A DNA stretch of 41,152 bases, taken from NCBI GenBank assembly GCA_051942205.1, contig JAVECO010000195.1:1-41152 (forward strand). Reading direction: 5' to 3'. The notes under the pieces were generated by a model. That model was not told where the DNA came from. It saw nothing but the letters and a program-made list of their open reading frames with translations, and made no database searches. Below are positions 21,781-34,345 of the stretch, piece by piece (position 1 is the first letter of the stretch; each line of letters opens with the position of its first letter). The position numbers were made by a program, and so were the translations under genes. Origin of the DNA: Coniocarpon cinnabarinum (taxonomy: Eukaryota).

Positions 21781-24700
21781 CTACGGGTTTGGATGCAGGC
21801 TCACAAAGCTCGAGCTCATGCTCGCTGAGTCGTCTTCAGGTCGGCGGTGATTTCCCTCCACGTAGCTTTTGAGGCGGTCTGATTGGCTCATACTTGCAGT
21901 CTTGTGGGCGTCGTGAACGCTTAGACCCTGAAGACTAACTCCTCCTTGTCCGACGCCGCGGCTACCGTCAGCAGCGCTGCTATTGGCATCAGTGAGCTCG
22001 CTGGCTGCGACGCTATCGCCCGCGATGCTGGGCGAAGCTAGATTTGGACGACCGCGCTCAGGACCATGGCCTCGATCGACGCCCTGCTGCAGTGTTGGCC
22101 AAGCTTCCGCAAATCCCCCGAAGATGTGGGGATAATTTCCACCATTTGTTGTGCCATTTGCACCTACTCCAATTCCTCCGATCGAGGACGTGTGCATCGA
22201 GGAGACGTCATCAGGAACGTAGCCGACAATTGTGCTCTGAGCGGTGTGAGGATCAGCACCACGGAGACCAGCTCGAGATGGATGTAACCCGCGATGTGTT
22301 GCGGCGGCTGCCATGTTGGACGCATGCTGATAAGCCATCTGGTACCGCTGTGGACCACGATAGGTCTGCTTCGGACGGCTGAACTGTAGAAGGGATACTT
22401 GGAGATTTGACAGTGGACCTTCCACAAGACAGCTGCGCTCTTTGAAATGGACCAGTAGATAATGCCAGAGCGGGTGTTTCGACAGCACCTTAGGGTTCCC
22501 CAGAATGACCAAGCCATATTTCGCACGCGTCAGAGCCACATTTAATCGCCGCGGATCGCTGAGAAACCCGATACCTTGGTGATCGTTAGATCGCACGCAG
22601 GAAAGGACGATGAAATCCTTTTCCCGTCCTTGGAAAGCGTCTACAGAAGCAACCTCAATCTCCTTGTATTGCTCCTTTTTGAAGGTGCCGTTTTGCTGCA
22701 TCGAGCTCACAACAAAACTTCGCTGGCCTTCGTATGGCGTGATTATCCCGATATCATGGGGCTTTACGCCGGCCTTGAAGAATCGAGTAATAATCTTTTC
22801 CACGTTGGAAGCTTCCGTGCGATTGAGGTACGATGTGCCCGACGCAGAAATCTCTTCATTGCCCAGGTTCGACCAGAACATCATGGGTGCGTCGTTGACA
22901 GGCCACGGAAAATCCACCTCACGACGGACTCGCTGTTGCATGGTAACACCGTTCTGAAGAGAACCCTCATAGAACATGTTCGATGGAAATTCCGACAAGC
23001 ATGGATGCATGCGGTACTGGACATTGAGCCGAATCGGTGCGCAACCCAGGATAACCAGCCGCTCGAACAAAGACTGGTTTAACCCAGCCTTGGCAGCCTT
23101 CTTGTTCATGATCACTGGACCCAGCTGCTGGTGGTCACCGACCAATACCACTTGTTTACAGCCCAACACGAGTGGTATCATGGCTTCTGGCTCGGCTGAC
23201 TGAGTCGATTCGTCGACAAGCACAGTGCGGAATTTCAACTTAGCAAGTCGTGGATCGCCAGCTCCAACGCACGTACAACAGATGACATCTGCATTATTGA
23301 GGATCTCTCGCTCAGCGTTTCGAGTCAGCTGCTTAAACTTCTTTTCATCTTGGCTAGACAGCTCTCCAAGTTCGGCCTTCAACTGGTTCAATTTATTCAA
23401 CTCCACGTTTGTGTCGTTCGCGCGAACTTGATTATGGAGGGAAAGAAAAGCCACCGATGACTCGACGTCCTCGCGAGACTTAGCCGTGACTCGAACGACT
23501 TTAAGTCCCGTACGATGCACACGTTCGCAGAGCTGATCAACAGCAACATTCGATGGCGCGCACACAAGGACCTGCCCGCCGTTGGTTTTTGCCAGATGGT
23601 AGATGATCGTAGCAGACGTGACTGTTTTTCCCGTCCCCGGAGGCCCTTGAATGAGTGAGAGCGGCTTCGCGAGCACGCTCTTCACAGCGTTGATTTGGCT
23701 GCCATTGAGATCAGGGAGACCTGGAACACTGAACTTCTTAGGTAACTGTGTCTTCATTGGAGCGGCTGCGACCTCATGGCCAAGCAGGCGATGGAAGATG
23801 TAACCAGAGACACTCATTTCGTCTATTGCAAATGTCTTCATGGCGTGCTGCATGCGGTCGAATGAGGTGGCTTTCCAGACGTAGTCCGCGGTGTAATTGT
23901 GTGTGCATTCAGTAGGGACGGACTTCATGTCACCCTTTGCTCGAAGCTCAAGAGTGACCTCATCCGATTGGTTGTTTGGAATTTTGATCACATAGCCCAC
24001 GCCTTCCCAGTGTGGTCGCAGCTCTCCGCTGTAGCGCAGTCGCATCTCGTCTCCGACTGCCAGCTTTACGTCTCCAAGCTCGAGCTTAGGGAGTGTGAAA
24101 CTTGCCAGGTGCTTGTTGTTGAGCCCATAATCCCACCGCACAATCAAGCCGTCCTGCGATTGAGACTCCTTGAGTTTGCGATCATAATCTGCCTCGATTT
24201 TTACCAGCGGACCGAACACATTCTGGTATTGATACGCGTCGTCGTATCGCAACAGCACTGGCGCAGGCTCATCGTCAGCACCAGCGCCCTTCTCGAGGTC
24301 TGCCACTGTCGCTGTCTGATTGTCCTTCCACATCTCCTCCAGCTTGGCAATCATCTGAGGGCTAAGGTGACGCGCGCGCAGCTGTTCTTGGTCTGAAGGC
24401 GGCGCGACAAGCCAGTGTAGAAATGAGCGGTCTTCGATCAGCGGCTGCCAGCGCGAAGTATCCCAGTTCATGTCCTTCGAAGAAGGCATGGATGCACAAG
24501 GACTTCTGCACAGAAGCACGACGACAGTATCCGACTTTGCGGGAATGAAACCGAGAAGGAAGACATTCTTGGTGCCACAGCTGTAGCACTCGAGAACAGT
24601 TTCTCCGAGAGGTGAAGAAGGATGCAGCTGGACTTCCTTGTGCCGTGCGCGCACCAGATGGTTGACAATGTGAGATGATGATGTGTTGCCTCGTGCGCTA

Positions 24701-25099
24701 CAGAACCACTTGTCACATACCAAACACTTGACCACACTGCTGGAATTGTGTATGCCGCAATACCTGCATGGGATTAGATCCAGCACCTCCTTAGCGCAGT
24801 CAAGCTTGTATCACTCACGCGCATGCGTGTGCCGGCAGCTCTACATCTTCTTCCTGTGGCCGTGCGGTTTGACCATTTGCTCCGTCAACAGGCTGACTAA
24901 TCAAGCTCTCCATGTCATCATCTTCATAGTGGTTTCGACCGTCATCCTCGTCCCCTTTTCGGCGCTGACTTCTGCTATTTGCAAGACTGGTCTTGGCTAG
25001 GACGCTGTCGTCGGCGGTCGAAGCATCATCGGCGGCATTGATCTGCGCAGCGGAATCGGATACAATCTGGTTGCTTCGACTGTTGAAAGCTTCCGCCAT
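21781..25099 (-). CDS. UPF1: NMD SF1B RNA helicase Upf1
   Basis: CH domain (LPAHACA|YCGIH..LECYSCG), [45 protein letters not shown]. Intron 24818-24764. The extreme C-terminus is uncertain. Confidence 0.97.
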
Positions 25100-25553
25100 A
25101 CCTCGATATTTAATTCCTGTGATGGGCCCGCAGAAGGAAGATCGAAAACTTCTCTCAATGTATTATACCGTCGCGACTATGCAGCTGCAGCTGCGGCCAA
25201 GCGCTTAAGGTGTAGGTGAAGCGGTGCAAAAATCCAAACCACCAGCTACGAAGCTAGGTGTGAGGTACTCACTTCGGTGCTTCGCGAGTCGCTCGACAGA
25301 GCATTCGCGCTAGTCCGCAACAGGTACAGCGCAACACTAGACGTAATGATGTCACGCATTGGATACTATCGTCAATGCCACGCCCACTTCGCCTAAACTG
25401 CAAGACCTCGTTCACAACTCAACGTACAAGCTTCCCTTCATTTTCCATCCCTTTGACTGGGAAGATTTGCGCTGTTGCTGAATCCGCACACTCTACCACG
25501 AGTGAGAATTCCTTCAGCAGTGAAGCAGCCAGTCTGCCGCAAACTTGGAAGAG

Positions 25554-26361
25554 ATGTCTTACTCAAATGACCGTGTAAGTTTTTCTCGTGGGTACAAGCT
25601 TGATGCATGGGTCCCTATTTGCACTACGGATTTCCAAGTTTTGGAGATGCTTCTCATGTGACCGAATGCGAGCGTCGACGACTACCTGTGCTCTGACTGC
25701 TCGTCCATAGGTCGCCGAAGGCACAGGGCACATCACCTCAGACTCCTTAGCCGCGGAGTCCCTTCGTGGCAACCCCTCACAAGGGTTTGGTGCAAACGAG
25801 CGCAGCGAGCGAGGCCCCGCTCCGTCCTCGAACTCTAGCCGGAGCACCACAGCCAACACAACTGACGCTTCCGGGGCCGATCAACTTGACTCAGCACCCT
25901 ACCGCCAAGCTCGTCTTGATGAGACTGAAGTCAAGGGCAAGAATTACCGCACACCGGCTCAAGAGCCAGGCCTTGACAAGTTTGCCGACAGCACCTACAG
26001 CGAGGGAGGCGGCGGACAAGGGTATGAAGCTAATGCTGGGTCTGCGCCAGCTCAGAATGTTGGGGACGCGCCACGAGCCTTTCAACCACAGGCACGTCGC
26101 ACGGAAGAGCAATTGAAGGTCAAAGGAAGGAACTTGCAGGAAGTCAGCTCTTTTGAAGGTGAAGAGGAGGCAACCAATGCAAGTATGAAGTACGGAAACG
26201 AGGTTGGGGGAGAGAATGACCCAGGTCGTCAAGCCGAGCAAGCATTTGCGAATCGCACCGCAACTGCCGCCGGCGATGCCGCATATCCATCCGCGGGAAA
26301 GCAAGGTCCCAATCTCGGCCATGGAGGTTTCGAGAACCTCAATGCGGATGAAAATGCCTAA
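25554..26361 (+). CDS. Small hydrophilic fungal protein, function unknown
   Basis: Exon MSYSNDR, intron 25575-25710 (GTAAGT..CTGAC..TAG), then an open frame ..ITSDSLAAES..KGRNLQE..NDPGRQAEQAF to TAA at 26361. Gly/Ser/Glu-rich. The ORF track captures only the last 82 aa. Confidence 0.8.
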
Positions 26362-26688
26362 ACCATACATGACGAAACGTGGACGGCAGCATGGAGATAG
26401 AATGTCCCTGGTAACCAATGAAGTCTAAAACATGACGTGTGACGTAATACTGCACACATTGCCAGACGCGAGATGACGATTCCATTATTTTCCGAGACAG
26501 GCATGAAGTTTCTGTATGAAGCAAAGGTTTGCTGTGATTGAAGCAGACAGGATCACCGGAGCATGAGCTGTCATCCTGAAGCAAGTGAAACAACGTCTCA
26601 ATTCGTGGCTGCATACTGCATTCGTGGCCCCGTCAGGCGCCTTGTAGGCTTCCTCGACCATGGCGCAAAATTGTAAGCAGACGAACGC

Positions 26689-27163
26689 TCAGACTTCACG
26701 TCGTGTTGGGCCATCCACACCAGAGCTGGGATCGTTCTTGTGGGGATACCCGTAATCGGACCCTGTAGTGGCGGTCGTGCCGTGTGTGCCACGCTTCTCG
26801 CCGGCAACAGCATCACTGGGCGCGCCAGTAAGTCCCTCCACTCTCGTCCGCCCTACATCATCAAGCCCCGCCGTGTTGGTTTTGTAGTCATTGCCGCTCA
26901 CACGTGCCTCGCTAGCACCAGAGGCTGGCTCACGCACGCCGCTTGAGTGGGAGAGTTCAGGGTTGTCCGCGCGTTTCGAGTCTCCGCTGCCGACATTGAC
27001 CGTACCAGCATTGGCGCTGCTGAAGTCTGACGCGACAGGAGGATCTTCAGGCATTGGGAGGTTGGATTGTGCGTTGGCGATTTTATCCGCATTTGAGCCC
27101 TGGGGAAACTCGGATTAGGAACAGACAACACAACGCCATGGGAGCCATTAGACTCACGCTCAT
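26689..27163 (-). CDS. Small hydrophilic fungal protein, function unknown
   Basis: 6-nt first coding exon ATGAGC, then intron 27157-27100 (GTGAGT..CTAAT..CAG), giving MSGSNADKIANAQSNLPMPEDPPVASDF... Confidence 0.78.
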
Positions 27164-27303
27164 GTTTGCGAGAAGTCGATTCGCAAATTTGCCAGCTGCA
27201 CGGTTGGATACCTAATGTGACGGGTGGCGATTTGTCGTGCAAATTGAGTCTCTAGGATGCCCGCAAAGGCTGTGGGGGCTTTGAATATTCTGTACTTAGC
27301 GCT

Positions 27304-27311
27304 TGACGTCA
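27304..27311. promoter_or_regulatory. CRE (ATF/CREB) palindrome TGACGTCA
   Basis: Exact palindrome ~140 nt upstream of the ATG at 27163. Confidence 0.5.
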
Positions 27312-27896
27312 TTGCGGGAGCCGTGGGGCGACTGTGCTCCTAGCCCCTTACGGACATCCCAGCCTTGCGGCAGGAGCCAATGATTAGCAGGAAGTGCATA
27401 CCTACGTAGGTAGGTACCTTACACTTGCCAGATCACTTACCTCACAAACTCTGCATTGCCTAGTGGCCCAATTCGTTTGCCTTGACCTGAGCTTGTAGGA
27501 ACTTCACAGCGCAAACCACTTCGGCATAGGATGTTACAACCCTGTTATTTATGTCACGCCTTGGTGTTGTATGGCCTGTTGTCCAGCCAGAACGTGGACC
27601 TGCTTCTGTGTTGCGTGCACAGCGAGGTCCTTGGCGAATTGGCTACGGTCGGAATGTGGCAGAAGCCAAAGACTTCCAACTTCTTCAACATTGTGTTTGT
27701 CTAACATGCTATCCCTCAGCCATGGCCTTTCTCTCTATAAAAACACAGCGGACATCTTGAGCCAGCAAGAAAATGCCGCGCTCCATGGTGCTTGATGTCG
27801 GCCCTCCTTCCATCAGACACATAACTTCGGATTGACTGGCTCTTAAACAAGTGGGAAAAGGGAAACCTGAAGATTTTAGTAGCTGGTGGATCTTTT

Positions 27897-28947
27897 TCAA
27901 AGAGACCAATTTCTTCGCAGCCAATCTTCAAATCGAGTAGTTTGGATATCTGGATATGCTGCGTTGAGGTTCGACTGCGAATATTCATACCTGCCTTCTT
28001 GTGTTGCGATTAACTCTCGAATTTGTCGCGCCTCTGATCCATTGTCGTTGCGAGGCAACTCACGCAGCGCGTTGCGGAGGCTTGAAGCATCGTGATACAC
28101 GAGATCGTCTTGCTGGAACGTGCGACCTTGATCGCTATCATGTTAGCTCCGCCTTGCGAACCCTCTCAGCAACGCGACTCGTACCTCGTGCCCGACCGAC
28201 CATGCTGAGAAGCTCGTAAGATGTAACTCGCTCGCCATGTACGATTAACTCTGGCGGCCATGGCTGCGAAATGGCAATGGAGCGGGCGACAAACCGTCCC
28301 ACGTCCTGTGCTGCCGTAAGACAAAGATTTACCTGTTGGCCAGCAGAGTTCTTGTATGGTACTTGAGCTTGCATCTGGCGGACGTCGATCATGAAATTAC
28401 CCTCCTGTACTAGCCCAGTACTGGCACCCATGCGATGACATTGGAGACCGCCAGGAGAAAATCGCTCGTACAACACGCCACATACGATGACCGTGGATTC
28501 GATGTCGCGTCGGTGCTGTCGGAGGTGTGCAAGGACGGCAGATTTGCCGCGATCCAGTGAGCGATTGATGGGGTTGTCCTCGGCTCGACGAGACGGTCGA
28601 CCTTCAAACTCGGCCGGAGCAAATCTTTTGACCCCAACTTTGATTGCAGCATCGATGAGTCGGATTTGCACCGTACCAGGGACCGTGGATATGACGACGT
28701 CAACACCTCGAAGGGCAAATTCCAACGATTTACGACTTTTGTAATCCACTGCCATGACTTGGTAACCATTATTCGTCAAATGAGGCTTGGGCTATTGCGA
28801 TGAGTCGCGATGTCACGTAGAGGAGCACCAGAGCAAGGGAAAACTCACGCTTCGTGAAAGCCAAAGCAGTTGATGCCCTGTTTCCTCATGAATGAAATGT
28901 GAAATCCACGATGCCAAGCCACCTGTGCCAGCGAGTGCCACCCTCAT
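27897..28947 (-). CDS. NmrA-like / isoflavone reductase family NAD(P)-binding protein
   Basis: MRVALAGTGGLA Rossmann start, ALRGVDVVIST, LIDAA..GVKRFAPAEF, DVGRFV, FEDWL. Introns 28848-28792 and 28184-28127. Confidence 0.85.
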
Positions 28948-31101
28948 ATTCTCTTGTCTTCGACTTCGCTTTGGTAAGTCTTCATCGGAGGTAGACAAGC
29001 CTGTTGACATTCTCTCCTGTGCTAGCGACGATGAAATCGAGGATCGTGTCAACGGCAATGCTTTCGGGGACTATCGTGGCAAGGAGCAGTAGAGAATCGG
29101 TCTTCGAGGCAACCGTATTCAAGAAATCGCCAGCGTGCAATGAGAAGGTTCTTGGGGACGTTGGCTTTGGTGAGAGACATATACAAGTCTCATATCGGAG
29201 CTGGCAGGTTACGCTGTATCCGTTCGCGGCTCACTCATTACAAACCCCCTTCAGTAGGCAACAGACGAGGTCGCAGACGTGCAAAGCGGCAGGAAATGGA
29301 TCATGATGAATAGCTGAGACTCGGATGTCCAATGAAACCGCACCATACATCTGTGGCCAGACAACCACATGTCGCTCGAATCAATGACGCCGACAACGAC
29401 CGTGGCCAGCACTGCATGGAACAGACGCTGTCCAGAGTCTTCAGCGACCGATTCTTTGCGCTGTCCAAAGACCGCGCGCACAGGTCATGCATGGTAACAA
29501 ACCATGGCGGAGTTCAGGCAAAGGCGACCTTGGGATACAAAGTTGTTCGCATGCACTAGCTCACGCGTTCGCACGGGGAGCCCCGAGATCTTCCGTCGAA
29601 CATCAAATTCACCACAAGCCGTCTGGAAATGTCATGCTATAATGACGTGCGGCCACTTGTTCCACATTTGGCACTGCTGAGACCGGAGAGTGCTTCACGT
29701 CCCTTCTGATCTTGAAGTTGTGATCATGCCATAGACGGCTCAAAAGGCCCGAGAGGAAATCGACGGCTCGAGGAGAGGTGAGGTTGGTCCGGCGGAGTTG
29801 CACCATCTGGATCCGCCATGGCCTCGCTGCTCGATCTTGAGTTCCAGCTCCAGGCGGGTGATCGGCAAGTGCAGGTGCAGGGGGTGGCGAGAGTATCTGC
29901 CTCGCGTAATGCAGGCATGCATGTGAAGGGACACATGGAGCTCGTGCATCGGCTGAACTCTGTTGCCCTGGGCATGAGCTGAGGCCCGGATGGAGGGTGC
30001 AGCGGCGGTGGTTTCGAGGCGCGAGGGAGACGTGCGGGCAAGGGGACCAACGGAGGCGTAGCGCATACTGGAGGTCAGCCGCACCGCCACCCGGCGGGGG
30101 CCAAGGCGAGCTGAACGAAATAAAACACCGGGCGTGCCTTGTCCATGGCCTCTGGCCCCTATAGGTGTCTGTATCAGATGTATGTGTGGGCGCGTGCAAC
30201 GATGGGAGCTCTGCCCTTGCCCGGCCTCTTCCAATTGACGTCTGCGCCGGCGTCCAGCGCCCGTCCCGCCGGCGGTGCGGCACACATGAGCCTGCTCGAG
30301 CGTCTGGGCTCATGCGTGCGACGGGCGACGGGCGACGGGCGAGGAGCGACGAGCGACAGGCGAGGCATCCAGGACTGTCTTTGCTCGCTGCCAGAGGAGC
30401 GCGGGCGTGCGGTCAGGGCCACCTGCTCCCGGCGAGCGCGATGAGCGTGCAGACCGCCATTGTCCGCAAGGCCGTGATGCTGGTGACTCAGTGAGGAGGA
30501 GGATGCAGCGATGCTCCATCACGCTCATGGGTCTTGCTGCGTCTTGCTGCGTCTCGAGAGCGGCCGACACCGCAAGGTGGTGGAGGAGCAGGCGAGGAGG
30601 GAGCGACGCAGCAGCGGTCAAGAGCGCGTCCCTTGGTGGGGCTCGCCCGCCCGGCGCCGTTCATGCACCACGCCCAAGGTTCCCTCTCCACGAACCTTAT
30701 TGCCCCTCCCCCTCCCCCTCGACGCGGCACTTCCAATTCTCTTCGCATCGCAGGCCTGCCTCCTCGGAGCCGGAGCTGCGCGCGCCACAGGACAGGAATC
30801 CCCCCGGGGCCCCTGGCACGTGAGGGCAGCGCAGAAGAGCCGAACGGGCCACGTAGCTCTAGCGTATGTGGTGCTGGGGGGGTGCACGCGGAGGGGTGAG
30901 GAGGGCAAGGACAGGCACGTGACTTGGTGATCTCAACGCGTGCCTGCCGCTTGGCCCGAAGAACGCTAGCGCGGAATGCCCACGCGCCAGAGCGCGACCT
31001 CCCTCAGCCCAACGCAAAACACCACCAGCTGCCTGCTCTCGTTCCCGCTCATGTCCCTTCACGTCTGCTGGTGATTGCCTATCGCTTCTGCATCATTACG
31101 C

Positions 31102-32667
31102 ATGTATATCGTAAGCTCCCAGACAAGCCCCCACTCTTTGTCTACGTCCCAGTCATCCGCATCTCAACCCAGATCCCCGCCAGACTCCGGTTTTGCATTT
31201 CTGGTCCATTCTCAGGACACGCTCCGGCACACTCTCCCGCCTACAGTCGACAATGAGTCCGTCGCCCGTCAGAAACGTCGCAGGACCAGTCCGCAGGACC
31301 AGGCCGTCCTGGACGCCGAATTTGATCGAGATTCCAGGCCGGACAAGGCTGCGCGAAGATTAATTGCCGGACGTGTCAAGGGCATGGGCGAGAAGGAGGT
31401 TCAGGTAAAGCTTGGCTTGCGATCGTCTGACAGATCCCTCTGCTAATTGAAGCCTGAGGTGTGGTTTCAAAATCGCCGACAAAACATTCGTCGTCGCTCG
31501 CGACCTTTTCTTCCCAGTGACCTTTCTTCCGTCCAGGACGATGATTCTGCCCGTGACGCCGAGAGGATTGCGCCCGGAATGCAGCAGGCCTATACGTCGC
31601 CGGAATTGTGGGCCTCTCGTCACCCTCAAAGCGCTTGCAACGACCCCAATGAAGAATTGTCATCCACTCACAGCTCCTCTGACCTCACTGCGAATTTCGA
31701 CATTGCTGGGCACAGTCTTCCACCTGGCTCGCAACAAGAGTGTCCTGCACCACCTGCACGGGCACAGCGACCGTGCCCAAGGTCCTTGTCAGGCAAAAGG
31801 ATCTCCTTGTCCCATGGGACAGCGCGCCTTTTGAATGACGATGAATCATCACCATCCCCACCGCACGCGACCTCCCAGAAGCATGTCTTTTCCCCAGTCA
31901 GGCCTGACAAGGGTTTCGGTGCGCCCGTACTTGCCGATGGGAATGTCGCAGTGGGCTTTCGCCCTAGCGGTCGATCTCGTGACTCCAGAGCCTGGGCATA
32001 CTGCTGTACAGGAGAAGCAGACAGTCAGCTTGCGAGGAAAGCACAGCAGGAGCGATCAGGCTCTGCAGCGGCGGCTATCGAGCTCATGCGGTCGAAAATC
32101 AGGGGTCGAGCACATTGGACCCCAGACATGCCTGAGAGTATCATCGCTGCACCCTATGGATCTGAATATACCGATAGAAGAGCAATGAGGTGGTTGAAGG
32201 CCACTGCCCCAGGAGCGCCATCGGTACATGAGTCTGCCGTCGATGTCTTCGAAGATAAGAAGGAGTATGTCAAGCCTACTCTTCTTTCTCCCAGGTTTCG
32301 GAGATCACCGAGTGGAGAATCTGACAAGGAAAACTACTCGCGGCTGAGAAAAACAGCTCGTTCGACAAAGAGACAAGCGTTGAATGATAAACGTCAGTCA
32401 ACAGGGAATTTGTGGAGGACGGGACTGAAAACGAACGCTGGGCCTCAATTTAGCGGAGCAAAGTCGGGTCAGATGTCATCCAGATCTAGAAATGCGCACA
32501 AACAGGGCTTTGCAACCGAATCTCACAAGGAGGATATGCATCGCGAGCCCGACCAAGACATTGCTATCTTCATGCACGGAGAAAAAAGGACAAGCAACAT
32601 GAGCCTCCAAGATGAACAGGACTTGAATGTGGTCCAAGGTCTGCTCTCGCTCAGCAAAGCCTCTTAG
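31102..32667 (+). CDS. YOX1: Homeodomain transcription factor (Yox1/Yhp1-like)
   Basis: FLVHSQ..ARQKRRRTS..LDAEF..PDKAAR..EKEVQ|VWFQNRRQ, ending VQGLLSLS. Intron 31405-31458. The start codon is uncertain. An MCB-like ACGCGT lies at 30936-30941. Confidence 0.8.
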
Positions 32668-32786
32668 CCAGATTCCACAGATGAGTTTAGCTTCCCAGCA
32701 GCACCTTTCGGATTGATAGTCGCCATTACACTGGAGACGAGATCCCGTTAAGCCTCATGAAGGCTGTGATTTTCAAGCCATGCGTC

Positions 32787-34345
32787 TTAAAACATTTGAA
32801 CCTCAAGGAGGCATCTTCCAACCCCACCACCCGCACTTGCTTGCACAGCTTCAGTGCTGCGATCGCATCCTTGAATGCCACTGCTGCACAACCTGGTGTC
32901 AGAATCACGTGTGTCTCAATGGACGCGTTGAACTTACTTCTGCACCTCTACGCACAACGCACCCCGTCGGCTCATTTCCTCTTTGAATGCATCTACACTT
33001 CCACCGACACCGAAGTACACTCGCTTCGCAGCCACGAAGGCTTTGCCATGAGAGACGCTCTTCAAAACCTCTTGTAACACCTCTGCGAATGCCTTCATGC
33101 TCACAGGGGAATAGATCGTCTCTGCAGCCAACACCAAGATTCCCATGTCCACTGCTAGAGGAGATCGCAGGTGCTTCGTGAGGGTTGCTGCCCAAGGTCC
33201 CGACAAGAGAGTCAACACCATGCCACGAGCTTCCAGATCTTGTACGAATCGATCCAGAAGAGCGGCATCCACTTCCAAATCGCCATCTCCATCCACTACG
33301 AATTGTTCCCCGCCGTCAGTAGGGACACGCGGTGCAAAGGCATTCGGAACGACCTCCAGCGCCCAGACGCACAATAAGTTCGGCAACGTCACAAGCCGTA
33401 ACACATCCGCATTGTAGTCGGCGAGCGTCAGTGGCAGCGAAAGGTGGTTCCTGAGCGCGTGTTGGAACAGAACGAGACTCGGCAGCGCCGTCCCGCACCC
33501 CAGTTCGACGAGGTGATGAACACGTGAGAGTTCATCAAGATCCTTGCGCGGTCCTCGCTCCAGCACCAGCCGCGCCAGATCCAGAGAGCCCTCCCAGGAT
33601 TTGAAACCGCCCTCGTAGACGGAACTCGTCAAGTCACTCTCGGTCAACAAGAAGCTGCTTGGATGACTCGGGTCACTGTCGCTCGCCGAAGGAAATGCAT
33701 GGCCGTTGGTGTCGTCCCGTCGCGACCTCTGCTTCGCGGTTTTCCTCTTTTTCTGCTTCTGCTTCACAACAGGAACTGCGAGGGCTGATGATACGGACGA
33801 GGAGGAGGTCGAGTGCGTAGACAGGTCTTCGTTCTGGCTCATTCGCGGTGATGTAGTTGGTTGGGGCGATTCCGCCATGATCTGGACGCGGACATCGAAA
33901 AGCGCGCGGCGTGGAATGAGTGCGCGGCGCTCATGTTGTGGAGAAACGATTAACGTCGTGCTGTACGAGATCCTTGACGGTAATGTTTGGAGCTTTTAGC
34001 GGTGGTCAGTAATGTCCTGATTGGGATACGTCGACCAGTCCGGGCTTGCTATAATTGAGTGAAAGGCAAGTACGTGTCTGGCACTGTCTTGATGAAGATG
34101 TCTGTGCGTGTGTGTTTGTATGTATAAGGGGAACGAAGAGAGAGAGAGAGAGAGAGAGACAGAGGTCACACTACCATTTCTCGAACATTGTGCTTCTTCG
34201 TGGCCACATGGTGTACAGGGTCTCTGGCGTCGTCGAGGGGCGGACTATTAATTTCGATGTTCGGCTTTGCGCTGTGCGGCAGGGCCATCGGGTCTTCCTC
34301 CCCATTGTCAATGTCGTTGCCGGTGAAGTTGAACGCGAAGGCCAT
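32787..34345 (-). CDS. HPM1: Protein-histidine N-methyltransferase (Hpm1/METTL18)
   Basis: MAFAFNF..|LQTLPSRISY..IPRRALFDVRVQIMAE..VYEGGFKSWEGS..VELGCGTALP..ADYN..AETIYS..AAKRVYFGVGGS..RCLLEVQMF. Introns 34174-33993 and 32937-32884. Confidence 0.9.
34137..34159 (+). repeat. (AG)n microsatellite inside HPM1 intron 1
   Basis: Read directly from the sequence. Confidence 0.9.

Noticed and set aside
25573..25710. Spliceosomal twin intron (GT|GTAAGT..AG|ATGC)
   Set aside because: It would shift the reading frame and needs a poor internal acceptor. A single intron already gives the right frame.
29609..30930. ORFs up to 234 aa upstream of the homeobox gene
   Set aside because: Expected by chance at high GC; low-complexity translations.
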